NCBI GenBank assembly: GCA_050230475.1
Contig: JBFLGF010000199.1
Span: 1-60,081 of the forward strand
Length of the DNA stretch: 60,081 bases
Direction of reading: 5' to 3'
From: Ancylonema sp.
Taxonomy: Eukaryota
Shown here: one piece after another, positions 39,157-51,763 of the stretch
Layout of the letters: each line of letters begins with the position of its first letter
Numbering within the stretch: the first letter of the stretch is position 1
The notes under the pieces: generated by a model
Told to the model about the DNA's origin: nothing
Databases searched by the model: none
The model's input: the letters and a program-made list of their open reading frames with translations, nothing else
Made by a program: the position numbers and the translations under genes

Positions 39157-42100
39157 CTATTCCCAATGCTCTATCCCATCACTTGGCGACAATGCACGTG
39201 CTTCCTCTTCCTCACTCTCAATTCCCTCTTCTTCATCCATGACGGCAGCCGGCGACTGCACCTCCCCCGCCCCATCACCTCCTCCCTTCTGCTGGTCACT
39301 TTCCCTCGACTCCCTTCTCCTCTTCCCCCACCAACTCTCTTCGAAAGCAGGTCCTCGTCGGTTGTCCGTATCTTTTGTGCCACTCTCTCCTCTCCCCCTT
39401 GTTTCGAATTCTGCCGCTCCCTCCCCAATTCCCCCGTCCATCTGCTCCCTTGGTTCCTCAGCCCCTCCAATCTCTTCTGCCCCATCCCCCCCGTCGTTCG
39501 CCCTCTTCCCCTCACTTGCCCTTTGCTGTGCGCCGTTTTGTTGGGACTCAAAAAGAGAGCATTGTGCCAACGTCTTCTGCCTCTTCCTTTTGTTGGAAAA
39601 GTCGGTTGCCTCTTTGTGAACGTTCTCGTTCAGATCCATGCCTTCCCCGCGGCCATCCATCACCTAGGCAGCCGATCAAAAGGGGACGAAGGGGATATCA
39701 ATTCTGAATCCTACTCTAGTCAGCCGCACTCTGCTTGCAGAACATGCACGTGCCTGGTGCCAGGTCACATGTGTGAAAGGCGACTAGCCCACCATATGCC
39801 CTAGTTGCATGCCTTGCCCGACCTAGATCAACGCACAGAAAAACAAGTACTTCAGTATGTGACGGTCAGGAGATGCCCTACCTGGCCGAGGTTGTCCAGC
39901 TTCCTCCCCACCATGTCCCTACAGACCCCACACCCACCCTCACCCTCTCTGCAGGCGTCAGAAACCTGAACCCCACGTCCACGCGGTCACCACAGCCTCC
40001 CTACTTCCTCCTCACCAGATGATATCATCAATCGATTCCACCGCATGCAGATAGAGCACGTTCACCGAATCCACCTGCCCGATCCGGTGCGCCCTGTCCT
40101 CTGCTTGGACCATCTCGCCAGGTGTCCATGCCAGCTCAGCCATGACCACGGTGCTGGCTGCGGTGAGCGTGAGCCCGACCCCGGCTGCCTTAAGGCTGAG
40201 GACCGCCACACGGACGGTGCTGTCCGTCTGGAAGGACTGCACGAGATCCAGTCGCTTGCTTTGGGGCGTGTCTCCGTCGATGCGGATCATCTTCACCTTG
40301 TGCTTCTGCGAAAACAAAAAAAACAAAAGAGTCCCTCAGTAAGCCCTCATTCTCTGTCCCACGTCTTCTTCTTTCAGGAGAAACTAACACTTGGCGAGAA
40401 CATGCGGTGGTGCTGAGGATGCTGTACTCCAATGGGCTGCGAGGGTGGAGGGTGTGGAACTCACCTCCACGATTTCTTGTATCGCGTTGAGCATCAATTT
40501 GTGGTGCGCAAAAATGAGGAACTTGCAGTCCGCCTGGAAGCCACAACAGCCATAACTCAGTCTCTCACAGACACTACCCGTGAGCTGCCTGCTAGATCTC
40601 GACCATCCCCAGTCACCCCTGATTGACACAGCCCATTATTATCCCCAAAACTTAATCACCTCCATAGTATGCGTTGAACCAGAATTTCCTGGTGACTGTT
40701 ACACCTCCATTCTTACTTATGTGCCTACTGGTCACGTGAAGCCCTTACACCAATGCATGGAACTCACATCGGAATCCAAAATTGGTGTGTGGGGAGGTGG
40801 TATTCGTTTCTGACCTCTAGAAGTGTATCCACGAAGTCTTTGACCGCTCCTACTTTTGCCTCCGCCGATTTGACGTACAGCTGCTCCACCACCCCCTCCC
40901 ACCCCCGCAATCATGATGAGACAACAACCAAACTTGTCGTAGTTTCCTCATTGGGCTCACTGGGCACTACTTTTCCCAGCCTCTGACTCCCCAAGCACCA
41001 AGCACTGCAGAGCGCACAATCGTGACTGCACTATGCACACGTTCAGCCAGTGGCTGCCGCAATTTCATGCGTCTCATAGTCATTCTGGACTGAAACCGGT
41101 TGAACCGAGTGACTTTCCCATAGACTCTCACCATGGACATGACCTTTTGGACCTCCACAGTCTGCTTTGCCTTCGCTTCATCTTCCGGATCGGGGCTGTT
41201 CTGAAGCATCTTCAGATTCTCCAGCTGCAGTTCAGAGTCCCCCACTTTTTTTCCATTCACAATACTTCCAAGAACCCGTCACTCGATGCGTGAATCCCTT
41301 CAAGTCTGATATCCGTATCTGAATACGAATCCGAATGTGGATTTCCGATTCCCTGGTGCTGGCCTTGCCCTACCTCCGCCTTCAACGCTTTCACAGCCTT
41401 TGCTTCCGGCCCTTCCATCTCCAACAACACCTGCTCAAAACACGCTCAGATTCAGAAACCGATCTGGTCCAACACCTCTCCCCACAAACCCCGGATGCCC
41501 TCTCCCCAGAAACCAATCTCAGCCTGCCATAAGTTCCCTCCTTTCCCTTGCCGGACAGACAGAGACACACCTGCTGCCTGCGCTTGGCTGGCAACTGCGT
41601 GAGCACGTCCGCTTTCCTCCGCCGTATCATGAGAGTCGCGGTCACCAGCGCATGAAGCTCCTCCCGGTTCTGGCAACCACGGTACTCTTGGCCGGGGAAC
41701 CGGGACTTCGCCTGCAAACAGCACGCACAGAGGGCGACGAGAGATTTTCGCGGAAGCAGAAACAGGACCGAGGTGGAGTGGTTAGTGGTCGGTGGTTGGT
41801 CGGCTATGTGTGGAAACATGTGTGGGAAGTCATGGGGGTGGGCCTGCACCTGGAATGGATCCTTGCAGTATCGATCGCCGTACTCTCGTCGGTACCTATA
41901 CACGCTAGGCTGCAGGGCCTCCAGCTGCCAACTCAACTATGAGCCACGTCAACAACAAAGGCGCAGGTGTATGAGACGAGATCTGTTCCTTGAGTGAGCA
42001 GCAGGAACAACGTCAGAGGTTGGGATGATGAAGCAAGACCTGTGTGAACAGCTCGATGGGTCGAGATAGCGCAGGGGGTCCCGTCAACAGAATGGCTCTC

Positions 42101-45100
42101 TGCGCCTTCTGGAGAACCCCAATCTAAGGTCTGCATAAGCTTGAGGGTTCAATATTCACCATTCCTTTCCTGCCGCTTTCAAGATCACATGAGCCATCTA
42201 ACATCACGAATAATCTGGCCAGGCATGGCAAAGCAGACCTGATTCTCTATTTTGCCCTCGCTGACCTGGAGAAGGGGCACACAGTTCTTCGTCCGCTTTG
42301 CCTTCTCGTTTTTTAGGTAGTGGCTCTCATCTGCAATAATGACCTGCACGGTATAACAGGTTATGGGAGCTATCATCACCTCCACCTGTCACCCTATGAG
42401 ATGGCAAAACTGTGGCGCACACAGAAGTCAACGCAGTCAAACAGTGGCGCAGTCAACGTCCCATGACGTCAGCATAAGCCAGAGAGGTGGAAACAGTGCA
42501 GTCATTCCACCTTGAATTCCGATTGTGGGTCAACTTTGTGCAGCCCATCATACGAGACGATGTTGATCGGTGCTGTCATCTTGAGAGACTTCTGTCCGCG
42601 TAACAGCTCAAAACCGTGCTTGTGGAATGACTTGGACTTGGACTTGGTGATAGCGCTGCCTGGCATCGCCACCTGCCTCCACATATACCCCATGCACATC
42701 CGGTTACCCGTATGCTGCTCCGCCTAAAGGCTTTGTCCAGCAGGAGGCAGCTCACCAGTATCTGGGAGGGGTCGAATGCCTGTCCCATCCACTGCTTCAC
42801 AGCCTGCACACCACAGCGCACCACAACTTCTCGCTACATACAGGAATGGTCTCGGCAACGGAGGAACAGAAACAACTCAAAGATTGTCTGCCAAAGGTAA
42901 CCAAGATCCACAGATTTGCCAGCACCCCCCTGTTAAAGTCGACTGGCCTCATACTTATTAGTCATGAGCCCAGATGCAACTCAATAGATTGCAAGGGAGA
43001 GGCGTCTGTATCGGTCCAAATGCATGAACAAAAGTCTTTTCCAAGCAATCATGCCCGGATGTGTTCATAGTGTGGGTTCGGCTGCCAGGCCACCATCACC
43101 CTATCTGCCCCCAGCTTTCTCGCCATGGCCCACGGGAACCGAAGGGAAGAAGGACACACCACAAGCACGGGCCACTCTTCTCGATAGCACAGAGCAAGGG
43201 CGATGGCCTGTCACAGGACACACGACCAGAGAGGGGCAGGAACCATTGAAAACTGCACATGTGGCCTCATCGGATAGGCTGCTTGATGACAGAGTGTGCC
43301 TTCATTTGGACACCTAGACGAGAGAAGCTCTCACCTGAACAGTTTTGCCCAATCCCTGCGATCAAATCAGCCAGCATGGAGCCAAATTGGACATGAGTCA
43401 CAAATTATTTCATCTATCTCATGGCACGATCCAGAGTAGACCGTGGATCTGATTGGTTTTGCTAGCAACACTGCGCTATGTTGCTCACCATTTCGTCTGC
43501 TATCAGCACTCGACATTCCCTTCGAAGCGCAAACCTGAAGACCGAACCGACCCCAAACAAAACATAAGCTTGATGGTGTCGGGCAACAAGAACATGTATC
43601 GGTCACAAAAAGACTCCGATTGCCAACCCTCAAGGGCCTGTACTCTGATTGGCAGACCGGACAGTAACGAGTACCGCACCTGATCCCTTCCCTTTGAAAG
43701 GGCAACAGCTGTTCTTCTAGCTCCGAGGGGATGCGGCTGTAACGATCTGTGTCCCCAAACTGTCACAGTCAGTACCATAATATAGACATGTCTGAGCTAG
43801 GCTGCACACGTGGTAGGTCCAAATGGAGGTTTCGTACCAGAGTCATCACTGGTGGCGCCGGTCTTCTCCATTGCTCGCATCAGTAGAGGAAATGGAAGAT
43901 CCACCTGGAAGTTTCACAAAGCTTCGGTTCGCGCGAATTCGACCATATTCTTTGTCGCATATCGAGAACAGCGTCAAAGCACCATTGGACTGTTGAGGTT
44001 GTAGTGCTCTAAATGATGGTCGCAGGGGATCTAGGTCTTTCCACAGAAAGAGCGATGCATACAAGGGAGACGTACCCAGTGTTACCTGTATGCCGGGTAC
44101 GTTTTCCATGTTTCTGACAGAGTTTTTCAGTTGATCCAAGGGAAAAGTCCATTTCCTACAACCAATGAACACATGCACTCAGTCATGCTTCCTGATAACC
44201 CCAGGTTTCCTTCGAATAATTCAAAAAGTATGCTAATCTTACCCTGAAAACTCTGATAAAGAGAAGGGCGTTCATGTCTGGCACCATAGAAACGACATTA
44301 ATCTTACTTGACGCCTCTGGGCTGGCCAACAGTACTTGTGAACCAAACACTCACGAGTATTGGCTGGCCATCTATAAATTTAAAGCAGTTTTCCGAGAGC
44401 ACTGCAAGTGCTGCCTGCTCCCGTGAGAACTCCTGGTAGCCAATCTATTGTCCATATGCCGTGTTCTTGGGATTTCACTGTGTTGTAAAGACCCTGACAG
44501 CTGGCAAGTCCAGCAAGCCATGCTGGTGCAGATTGAACTCATGAAGGAAGTAGGAGCCTCCTGGCTTGCATGCTGTGGTCCGATTTGCCAGCTAAGGCTA
44601 GAGTATTTTTCAAATATAATCAGAAGAATGTAGTCAACTCATGAAGAAGGACTTCCGAATACGGGAGTTAGAAGGATGCTTTTAACTCTGTGACAACACA
44701 CTTGGAGCGGGGCTACCTTTCAGAAGTCTTGTATTCTGCGCCAGGTAGCGATTTCATTACATGTATCAATGGCTGCACATTGAGAACATTCACACTTAGT
44801 CAGTACCAATTTCTTTTGCGCTTTCTCAACCACACTGAGCTTCACACTTTCAGAGTATAGAGGTATATGCAATGACATTTACTGGCTGTAGCCGAGCAGA
44901 TTCCTTTCACACAAAAGCTGCATGTTCGAATGTCACAGTTTCCTCCGATCAGAGTCTCGATGTTGTCAAAGCAACCAGCAACCTCAATGCACAGCAGTAA
45001 GATACAGGTACATGCCAATGCTGACGTCAGCTGAAAGTCCAGAAACAACTCTGGCTGGTGCATTCCAGACCTGGTGAGGACTGAATCCAGCGCTCAATTT

Positions 45101-47383
45101 CCCCTTGCTGTATGGTAAAATCGTCACTGATTGGCGCATGGGTAGACCATGATTCTTTGGCGACCTCCACTCTACAGAGCCTTGGCTTGGATGCTCTGGC
45201 CTTGAAGACTGGGATTCAGAAAGCCGCTCCTCTGGCAAGACAAAATGACAATGTGGTCAGGACCTACACGAAGGCGTGTTCCAAGCTTTTCGAGAGATCT
45301 GGCAAGAAGGACAGGGTAGATAGATGATGGTAGTTCAGGCTCAACGTAAATTTGAAGAAGACCTGTCAGGCTCTTTGTTCCTGTCCATTCCTGCTACTGT
45401 CTTTACTGTGTAAGACAGGTAGGCAGCTGCTAATGACTTTCAACATTCGTCTGTTCTGTGTCCGAGCTGTCTAGCGTCCAGTTTCTCGGACAGAGAACCG
45501 GTTTCTAAGTGATTCCTGGTGTCTTGCGCGGGCATACCCGCTTGTTGTGGTTGATGGTCCACACTGGAGTGGAAGCTGGAGCTCAAGTGTGGCAGGGTGA
45601 AGTTGTGGGAGTCACCAACCTGTGCCCACTCCAGACCAAATTCCATATCCATTACTCCACAACAGCCATTCAACTGCAAGTTCTGCAGACGATATCAACT
45701 ACAACGGGACTACTATATCGGGATCCAAGCCTTCTGCCACGAATGCCAAACGGCTTCGCACGGATTTGAACAAATGTGCCACTTGCGGTAATTTGATCTC
45801 AACTTCCAGGTACCGCAAGGGCATCTGATTGGATTCAAACTGATAATGGAGGACAGCCTGCCATCGTTGTTGTGTGCCTCTAAATGCGTATGTACTTTGT
45901 ACACATACATTCCAATACGAGGTGTAACTAGCACGCGTAGTCGATCTGAGCAGCTCAAACAGGCATTCAGACAGCCTGTCGGATTGACAGTCATAATAAA
46001 AAATATTGCTAAGCTACAGAAAATAACACGAATACGCACAATTATCAGAATCGAGACCAAATCTGATTTCATGCGCAACATGTTTTTTAGCCTACTGACA
46101 TGGCAAAACATTCATCAGACTGAAAAGGCCTCAGTGTTGCTCTCCTCCACAAAGCAAGAGCGCTTTGTTTGCATACAAGAGCGGAAGGCACAAGTATCAA
46201 ACTCAAATCAAGCATACACTACATCACTAACAACTACCTGACTTGCAGAAGTTGGGCCCAAGGCATTCCCCTGTGAAGATACTCGTCTGGAAGGAAACGA
46301 GTTGCCTGTAAAAAAAACAAAACAGTGTTCCTTTGGGGGTGAAATTCTTGCAAATCTGTCGATTATCTGTCCATTTTGTCTCAAACCCAAATTTACCTCT
46401 TTTACAACTGCTGGGAATGGTAATTGGCGGTTCTGCCCCCAACTAACCCATCCCAGCACCAACCCCAGTTATTCAGTCAGCATATAAATAATTCGAAACA
46501 AACTCGCAGAGGCGCATAACCGAACAACTGCGAGAGAACTCAGTACAAACAATCATAAATTGTATGATAAAATGGTGAAGGAATAATCCAGATTACGGAT
46601 AATGATCACACTACAATGATGAGACAAGAGTTCCATTCGTGATGGCATACTCTGAACAATGCTGAAAGATTGCTATGCTTGTGTGGTGTTCTCATTATGG
46701 GGAAGACGATGAGGGAAGAATGTGATACATGACGATGACATACTTGACATGTCCTTTTTAATCTTGGATTGGAATACAACATCGAATGGTCAACGAGGAA
46801 ACCCCAAACCAGGTTGCTACGGGATGATCCAGCCCCCACCCCGTATGTTCTGTCAATATTGAATATTATTCAATAAATTACAAGGGTGAATATGAAAGAA
46901 CCAGAAGAATAATCGCCGAACATACCAAATGCTGACGGAATGCCCCAGCTCAGTGTCAGCAGTATGTCGATAAATGATTGGTAGTAGTATTAGCTTACCT
47001 CAACATTCAAGTCCGGGATACCAGTGATCGTTTCACAAAGTTTCAAAAGTGAGGCCTCCGGGAAGCTCCACATCCTGTCGTTATTACCGTAATCGGTAAG
47101 AAAGCAGCTCAATCAGCTAATGGTGTTAGATGATGATATCAACTTACTTGCTTTCGGCATCCCACTTGTGACCGTGCACGGTTTTCAGAGCCGCAACCAA
47201 TTCCTGCCATGGAGTCCACAGCAGGTGCCGCTTGGTTAACGAGCAAAATATTGGACGGAACACGATTACATTACACGGAATATGGTCATGCTTTGAAGGG
47301 TACTCTCGCACCTTGTTGTAAGAAGACTGTGTCGCCACGCGATCCACACCGTAGCTGACGATCTTGACTTGTAACATTGGCAT
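39157..47383 (-). CDS. SMARCAL1: SMARCAL1/HARP-like SNF2-family annealing helicase with two HARP domains (copy B, apparently intact)
   Basis: HARP1 exons ..47312, 47203-47148 and 47074-46999 ([34 protein letters not shown]). Linker exons 46305-46238 and 45673-45499. HARP2 exons 45231-45071, 44772-44717 and 44155-44086 (ILPYSKG..|[24 protein letters not shown]). Then [98 protein letters not shown] and [11 protein letters not shown]. The last exon ends at 39157. The start codon and one exon after HARP1 are unresolved. Confidence 0.9.
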
Positions 47384-49068
47384 TGCGGAAATATGAATTT
47401 CCAGAGATACAGAAAGGCTGAAGCGTCCAATCACGTTCACGACGCTGACGAATGTAAGCTCCGTCTTATCCCAAGAGAGTCGAAGCTCCTCGTTAAGACT
47501 TCCATCTCAATAAAGACAACTGGTAAAAACATGAAGTTGCCATACGCTAATGACTCCACTCCTGGTATCATCCTCTCACTACTCAGCAGCGGAGCGGGAA
47601 TTTTATTTTCAGCGTGGCGTTCACAAATTTGCGCGCGAGTTCGTTGCCGAGAATGCTCGTCGGGGCTTGGTGGCATTTTTGGCTCGCGGCAGGGGGTTGA
47701 TACCCGGTGGCTACCCCCTACCGCTTTCCTACCAATTCTGGTGCCCATCCCGTTTGGGCATCGGTAGGGAGTAGGGCAGCGGTAGGCGGTAGGGAGACGG
47801 TGGGCGAGGTTGAAAATCATTCCCAAAAGTTACAAAAGTTACATTCCCCACACCAACCCCCCAAAAAAAAAAAAAAAAAAAAAAAAAACACACAAACTAG
47901 GCAAGTGTCTTTCTTTCTCGTTAGCTTCATGTTATGTTCATATCCAAGTCTTTTTTGAAAATATGAAACCAAAATATACTAAACCGTGGAAAAGACGTGA
48001 TTGCTATACACATTTGAAAGGTTGTGTCAGTGTGAATCACCGATCGATGCAATAACGCGCCTCTCTGTAAAGCTATGAAACTAACCTTACTTCATTTTAC
48101 CCCTTTCACGATGTGATCTATGGAAATCCTAACAAAGTTGAGAACGGATTTTGCTTCGATTAGCTTGCCTCGTAAATTACAACAACTACATACTCGAATG
48201 GAGGATTAATATTACACATAATTGATAATGTATGGCATCGGGTATTTTCAAGGCTCCACCGCATTCTTGATTTCTTCTTCCATAGTCAATGAATTTGAAA
48301 TGAAATGACGGCTAAAATGTAGCCAAATCCTAAGTGACTTCGACAAACCGTTTTGTAGCGTTAAATTATGTAAAACAAACACGAACTACAAAAACAATGC
48401 ATCAATGATAAACACATGTGTCTTATTTGTTGTCTCTCGCGCTTCCTTCCAAATTTTTATTCCAAATCCCTCCCTACACATTACTGGTATACTTTCCTAG
48501 AATGAGTTACATGTACTGTAAATGTAACTCAATGATTTAGCACACCGATGTCATCAAGTACCTGTCAAGACAAGTCAACTATCGAGACTATGCCTACGAA
48601 CTCTACCGAATCCCTTGAAGAGCAATCGTGACGTGCTAGATGGAGTCGGCACACAACCTGTCGACGAAATCTCTCGAAATCAAAAAAATCAACAAATTTT
48701 GGGGAAAAAATGCAAAACATGACTTTTTGTATTTTTTTTCGTCGATGAAAATGACGATGGATTTGATAACTTAGTTGCTTGTCTGGATGAGCTGCATCAT
48801 GATTGGGCTTAGGGTCATCATCTGGATCTCACTAGAGTAGATGGTGTAGGTTGAGTCCCTACTGACAACACAAGAATGTAATTCAAGCGTTGTATGTGAC
48901 TTATCAACGAAGTTTGCCGTAGCTACTACTCGCCGAAAACTGAGATGCACTCAACGCAAAGCATTGGGAGGTCTTGGATAACAATACTGGGGTCTGAAAA
49001 CCCCGGAAGTGAAGATCAAAGTAGCATGAAAACTGATTTGAAAATCACCAGTTATACTCTGATCGAAG

Positions 49069-49450
49069 TGTTAGAGTCGCATTAGCGGCGGCTCTAGCTT
49101 ATAGGAAAGCACTCATTCACAAACACAAATACACACTGTAAGGGTTGAAAGTGCAAGTATGATATGAAGAAGAACATGAATTGATCAGAGTGCATAATGA
49201 GCACTCCTGATGGTATAAATACTAGTCTGAATCTAGTATCGGAACTGAACTCCTTATAAAGGGAACTGAACATAAACTCGATATAAGAACAAGTTGGAAA
49301 TTAGGGCCTAAGAAAGATCTAACTGATGATGAGGTCTAATAACCTAAATAGGGCCTAATTATTACTAGGCGATCGGGATAAATAGCTAAGAGCTAGCAAA
49401 GGTTAGGGCACTCTCTAGGGTAACCCTAGGGAATAGAGAGAGTCCTAACA
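49069..49450 (-). repeat. 3' LTR of the outer element
   Basis: TGTTAGAG...GTCCTAACA, near-identical to 58153-58443 up to ~49358, with the PPT adjacent. Confidence 0.8.
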
Positions 49451-51050
49451 GGACCCCCCCCTCAAGGGCGCGGCGTGCCGCGTAAGAAGGATAAGGGCAG
49501 AGGCCGGGGCTCCGGGCGGGAAAAATGAGCCTAAGACAGCTGGGGCTCCCGACGGGGGAGAAATGATGGCGGGGCTGAAAGGCAGGGAAAATAATGAGCC
49601 CAGGGTCGTAGGGGAAATAACGGGCTCCCGCGAAAACGGAAGCGGGGAATGAGGGCCGTTGGATGGACGGCTCGATGCCGCAGACGAAAAAACTGGAAAT
49701 CTGACACTGACGGTAACGACCGTCCGATCTGTATGTGTCAGAAACAGGCTGAGGATAGGACGGCGGCCACGTTGACGAAAGTGGATGATGGCGCGATTGC
49801 GAATGCGCTGCGGCAGATGTGAAAGCTGTGTAGGGTGGAGATGCTGGCGGATGAATCCCAGTGGACGGTGGAGATGGAGATAGGTTCTCAAAAAACTGGG
49901 CGAGCTGCGAAACGCCGACGCGGAGGGACATTGCCGAATTTCGAGGTTCCATGTTCCGAGTACGGCCAGGATGCAGGCCCGGGCATTGACGGTTGGAGAT
50001 GAGGCCACGTCAAGCGGGACGAACCGAAATCTGGAGGCTAGGACCTGGATCCCCCGCAAAACCCCGCAAGCCTGGCGGCTGGAAAGCAGGCCGGAACCTG
50101 CATCCCGCACGTGCGACGGAGCTAACTAGTGCCGGGAGAAAGCTCCGATTACGCGAAGCGCTAGTAGTAGAGCACGGGCATATCAGATTAGACGGCCGGG
50201 TGAGGGAAAGGGACGTGGGAGGGGAGGGAGGGGGGTTTAGGAAAAACTCCATCGTGGTAGCCGCCGTGCAGGGGCACGGGGGTCGAGGTTCGACTCCTCG
50301 GGGAGTTCAAACTGGGAGAATTTGGGCTGGGAAAATGGGAACGGGTGGGGAGCCTGAGAAATGCTCTGGGAGATGGAGTAGAACTCTAGGTAGGGGATTG
50401 GGACGATGCGCCTTGCACGGAGGTAGTCGCGTGCAGCGGGGAGATGGGGGGGACTGGCTTGACAGCAGGTAATGGTTGCCATGTAGTCGGCAGCGCGCAA
50501 AGCAGCGGGAATGCTAGCTGACGGCGTGGCGCGATGGGGCGGGCGTGACGGTCCGAACTAGGACTGCAGATTGGCGATAGGCCGGGCGGGAGGAGTACGG
50601 AAGCTGAGGTACGTGGGGGTGGCCAGTGGACGGATGTGGGGAGTAGCATTGCGAGGATCGGGGGGAAACAGGGGGGACAAAAAAGGTAGTAGGAAGGGAG
50701 GGGAGGGTGGGGATGGGAAGGATTGCAGGTCGGGAAACTCGGGCGCTAGATCCATGCGCGGGCTGTCGGGAAGAGCAAGGGCTGGAGTAGGAGCGGGAGC
50801 AGATGTAGCGACAAAGTTCGCTGGAGTTGGAATAGCTGCAGGAGTAGTTGCCGCATTGATAGCTGTGGGAGCAGAATGTTTGGTAGCTCGGTCAGCAGCT
50901 AGGATAGGAACAGCAGCGTGAAAAAATGCAAGGGGGGGACTTGTAACGGAATTCACCGCAGACAGACTTGCAGCAAAGGAGGCAGGCAAGCGTGTAGTAG
51001 CGGAGCGTAGCGTGCAGTCAGCCAGGCAGACTGCTATAGCAGCAGGAGGT

Positions 51051-51506
51051 TGTTAGAATATTTTGGATAGCCATATGTTATGCGTGCTAGTCCAGTTGTG
51101 ACCGGTTACTCTAACCGGGAGCTATATTATAGATGTGCCTGTATGCGGGGCCTGGCAAGTTTGTGCCCGGGCACCTGACATGTTTCCGACGCTTAGAGAC
51201 GTTATTTGGTCGAAGCGTCGTGACTGGCTTGTTTAGTCGTGTCAGAAATGTCCGGCATGTGCCGTTGACATGTAGAAGAGCTGTCAGTCAATGATAGGCC
51301 GACGGTCAATTGTGCCGACCGTCGGCACGCAACAATCTGTAAAGCGCATCGGGTATTACCATCCCCGATGCAATCACAATTATTATAATTCGTTCCACAC
51401 ACGCAACTCCTTCGTTGATCATCCAGTGAAAGAGATCCTTTTGCGTACGGTTCGTTTTGCCCACCTAATTATTCCGGCAGCAAGTCTACTCACTCAAAAG
51501 CTTATA
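51051..51506 (+). repeat. Copia 5' LTR
   Basis: Direct repeat of 57215-57668 with scattered substitutions and small indels. Confidence 0.93.
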
Positions 51507-51519
51507 GGTTATGGGCCCA
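51507..51519 (+). promoter_or_regulatory. Primer-binding site of the copia half-tRNA(iMet) type
   Basis: GGTTATGGGCCCA immediately follows the LTR, the motif known from Drosophila copia-type elements. Confidence 0.8.
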
Positions 51520-51763
51520 CGGGCGGTCTAGTTCAGACGCCGTGTAGGTTAAAAACTAAAGGCTCCACGCGATTTCGCTGCGGTAATCCTCTGGGTGAAC
51601 GGTATATTCTGCCAGTGAGCGCAAATATATTCGTAGTTGTTAAGTGCTGCACGTAATTTTGATATTGCGCTGCAAGTATTTGAGCTGAGTGCTGCAGTGC
51701 AGGAATTGCACTGAGAACTCGAGCTGAGCGAAAATTTTAAATCCTACACAATTAGCTGCCATA

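Noticed and set aside
44086..47074. Mutually exclusive exons (WSFP vs WTFP exons)
   Set aside because: Each exon has its own upstream HARP exons, so they belong to two tandem domains.
47437..47826. ORF as the first coding exon of helicase B
   Set aside because: No clear donor or SMARCAL1 N-terminal motif; may be 5'UTR. Left unresolved.
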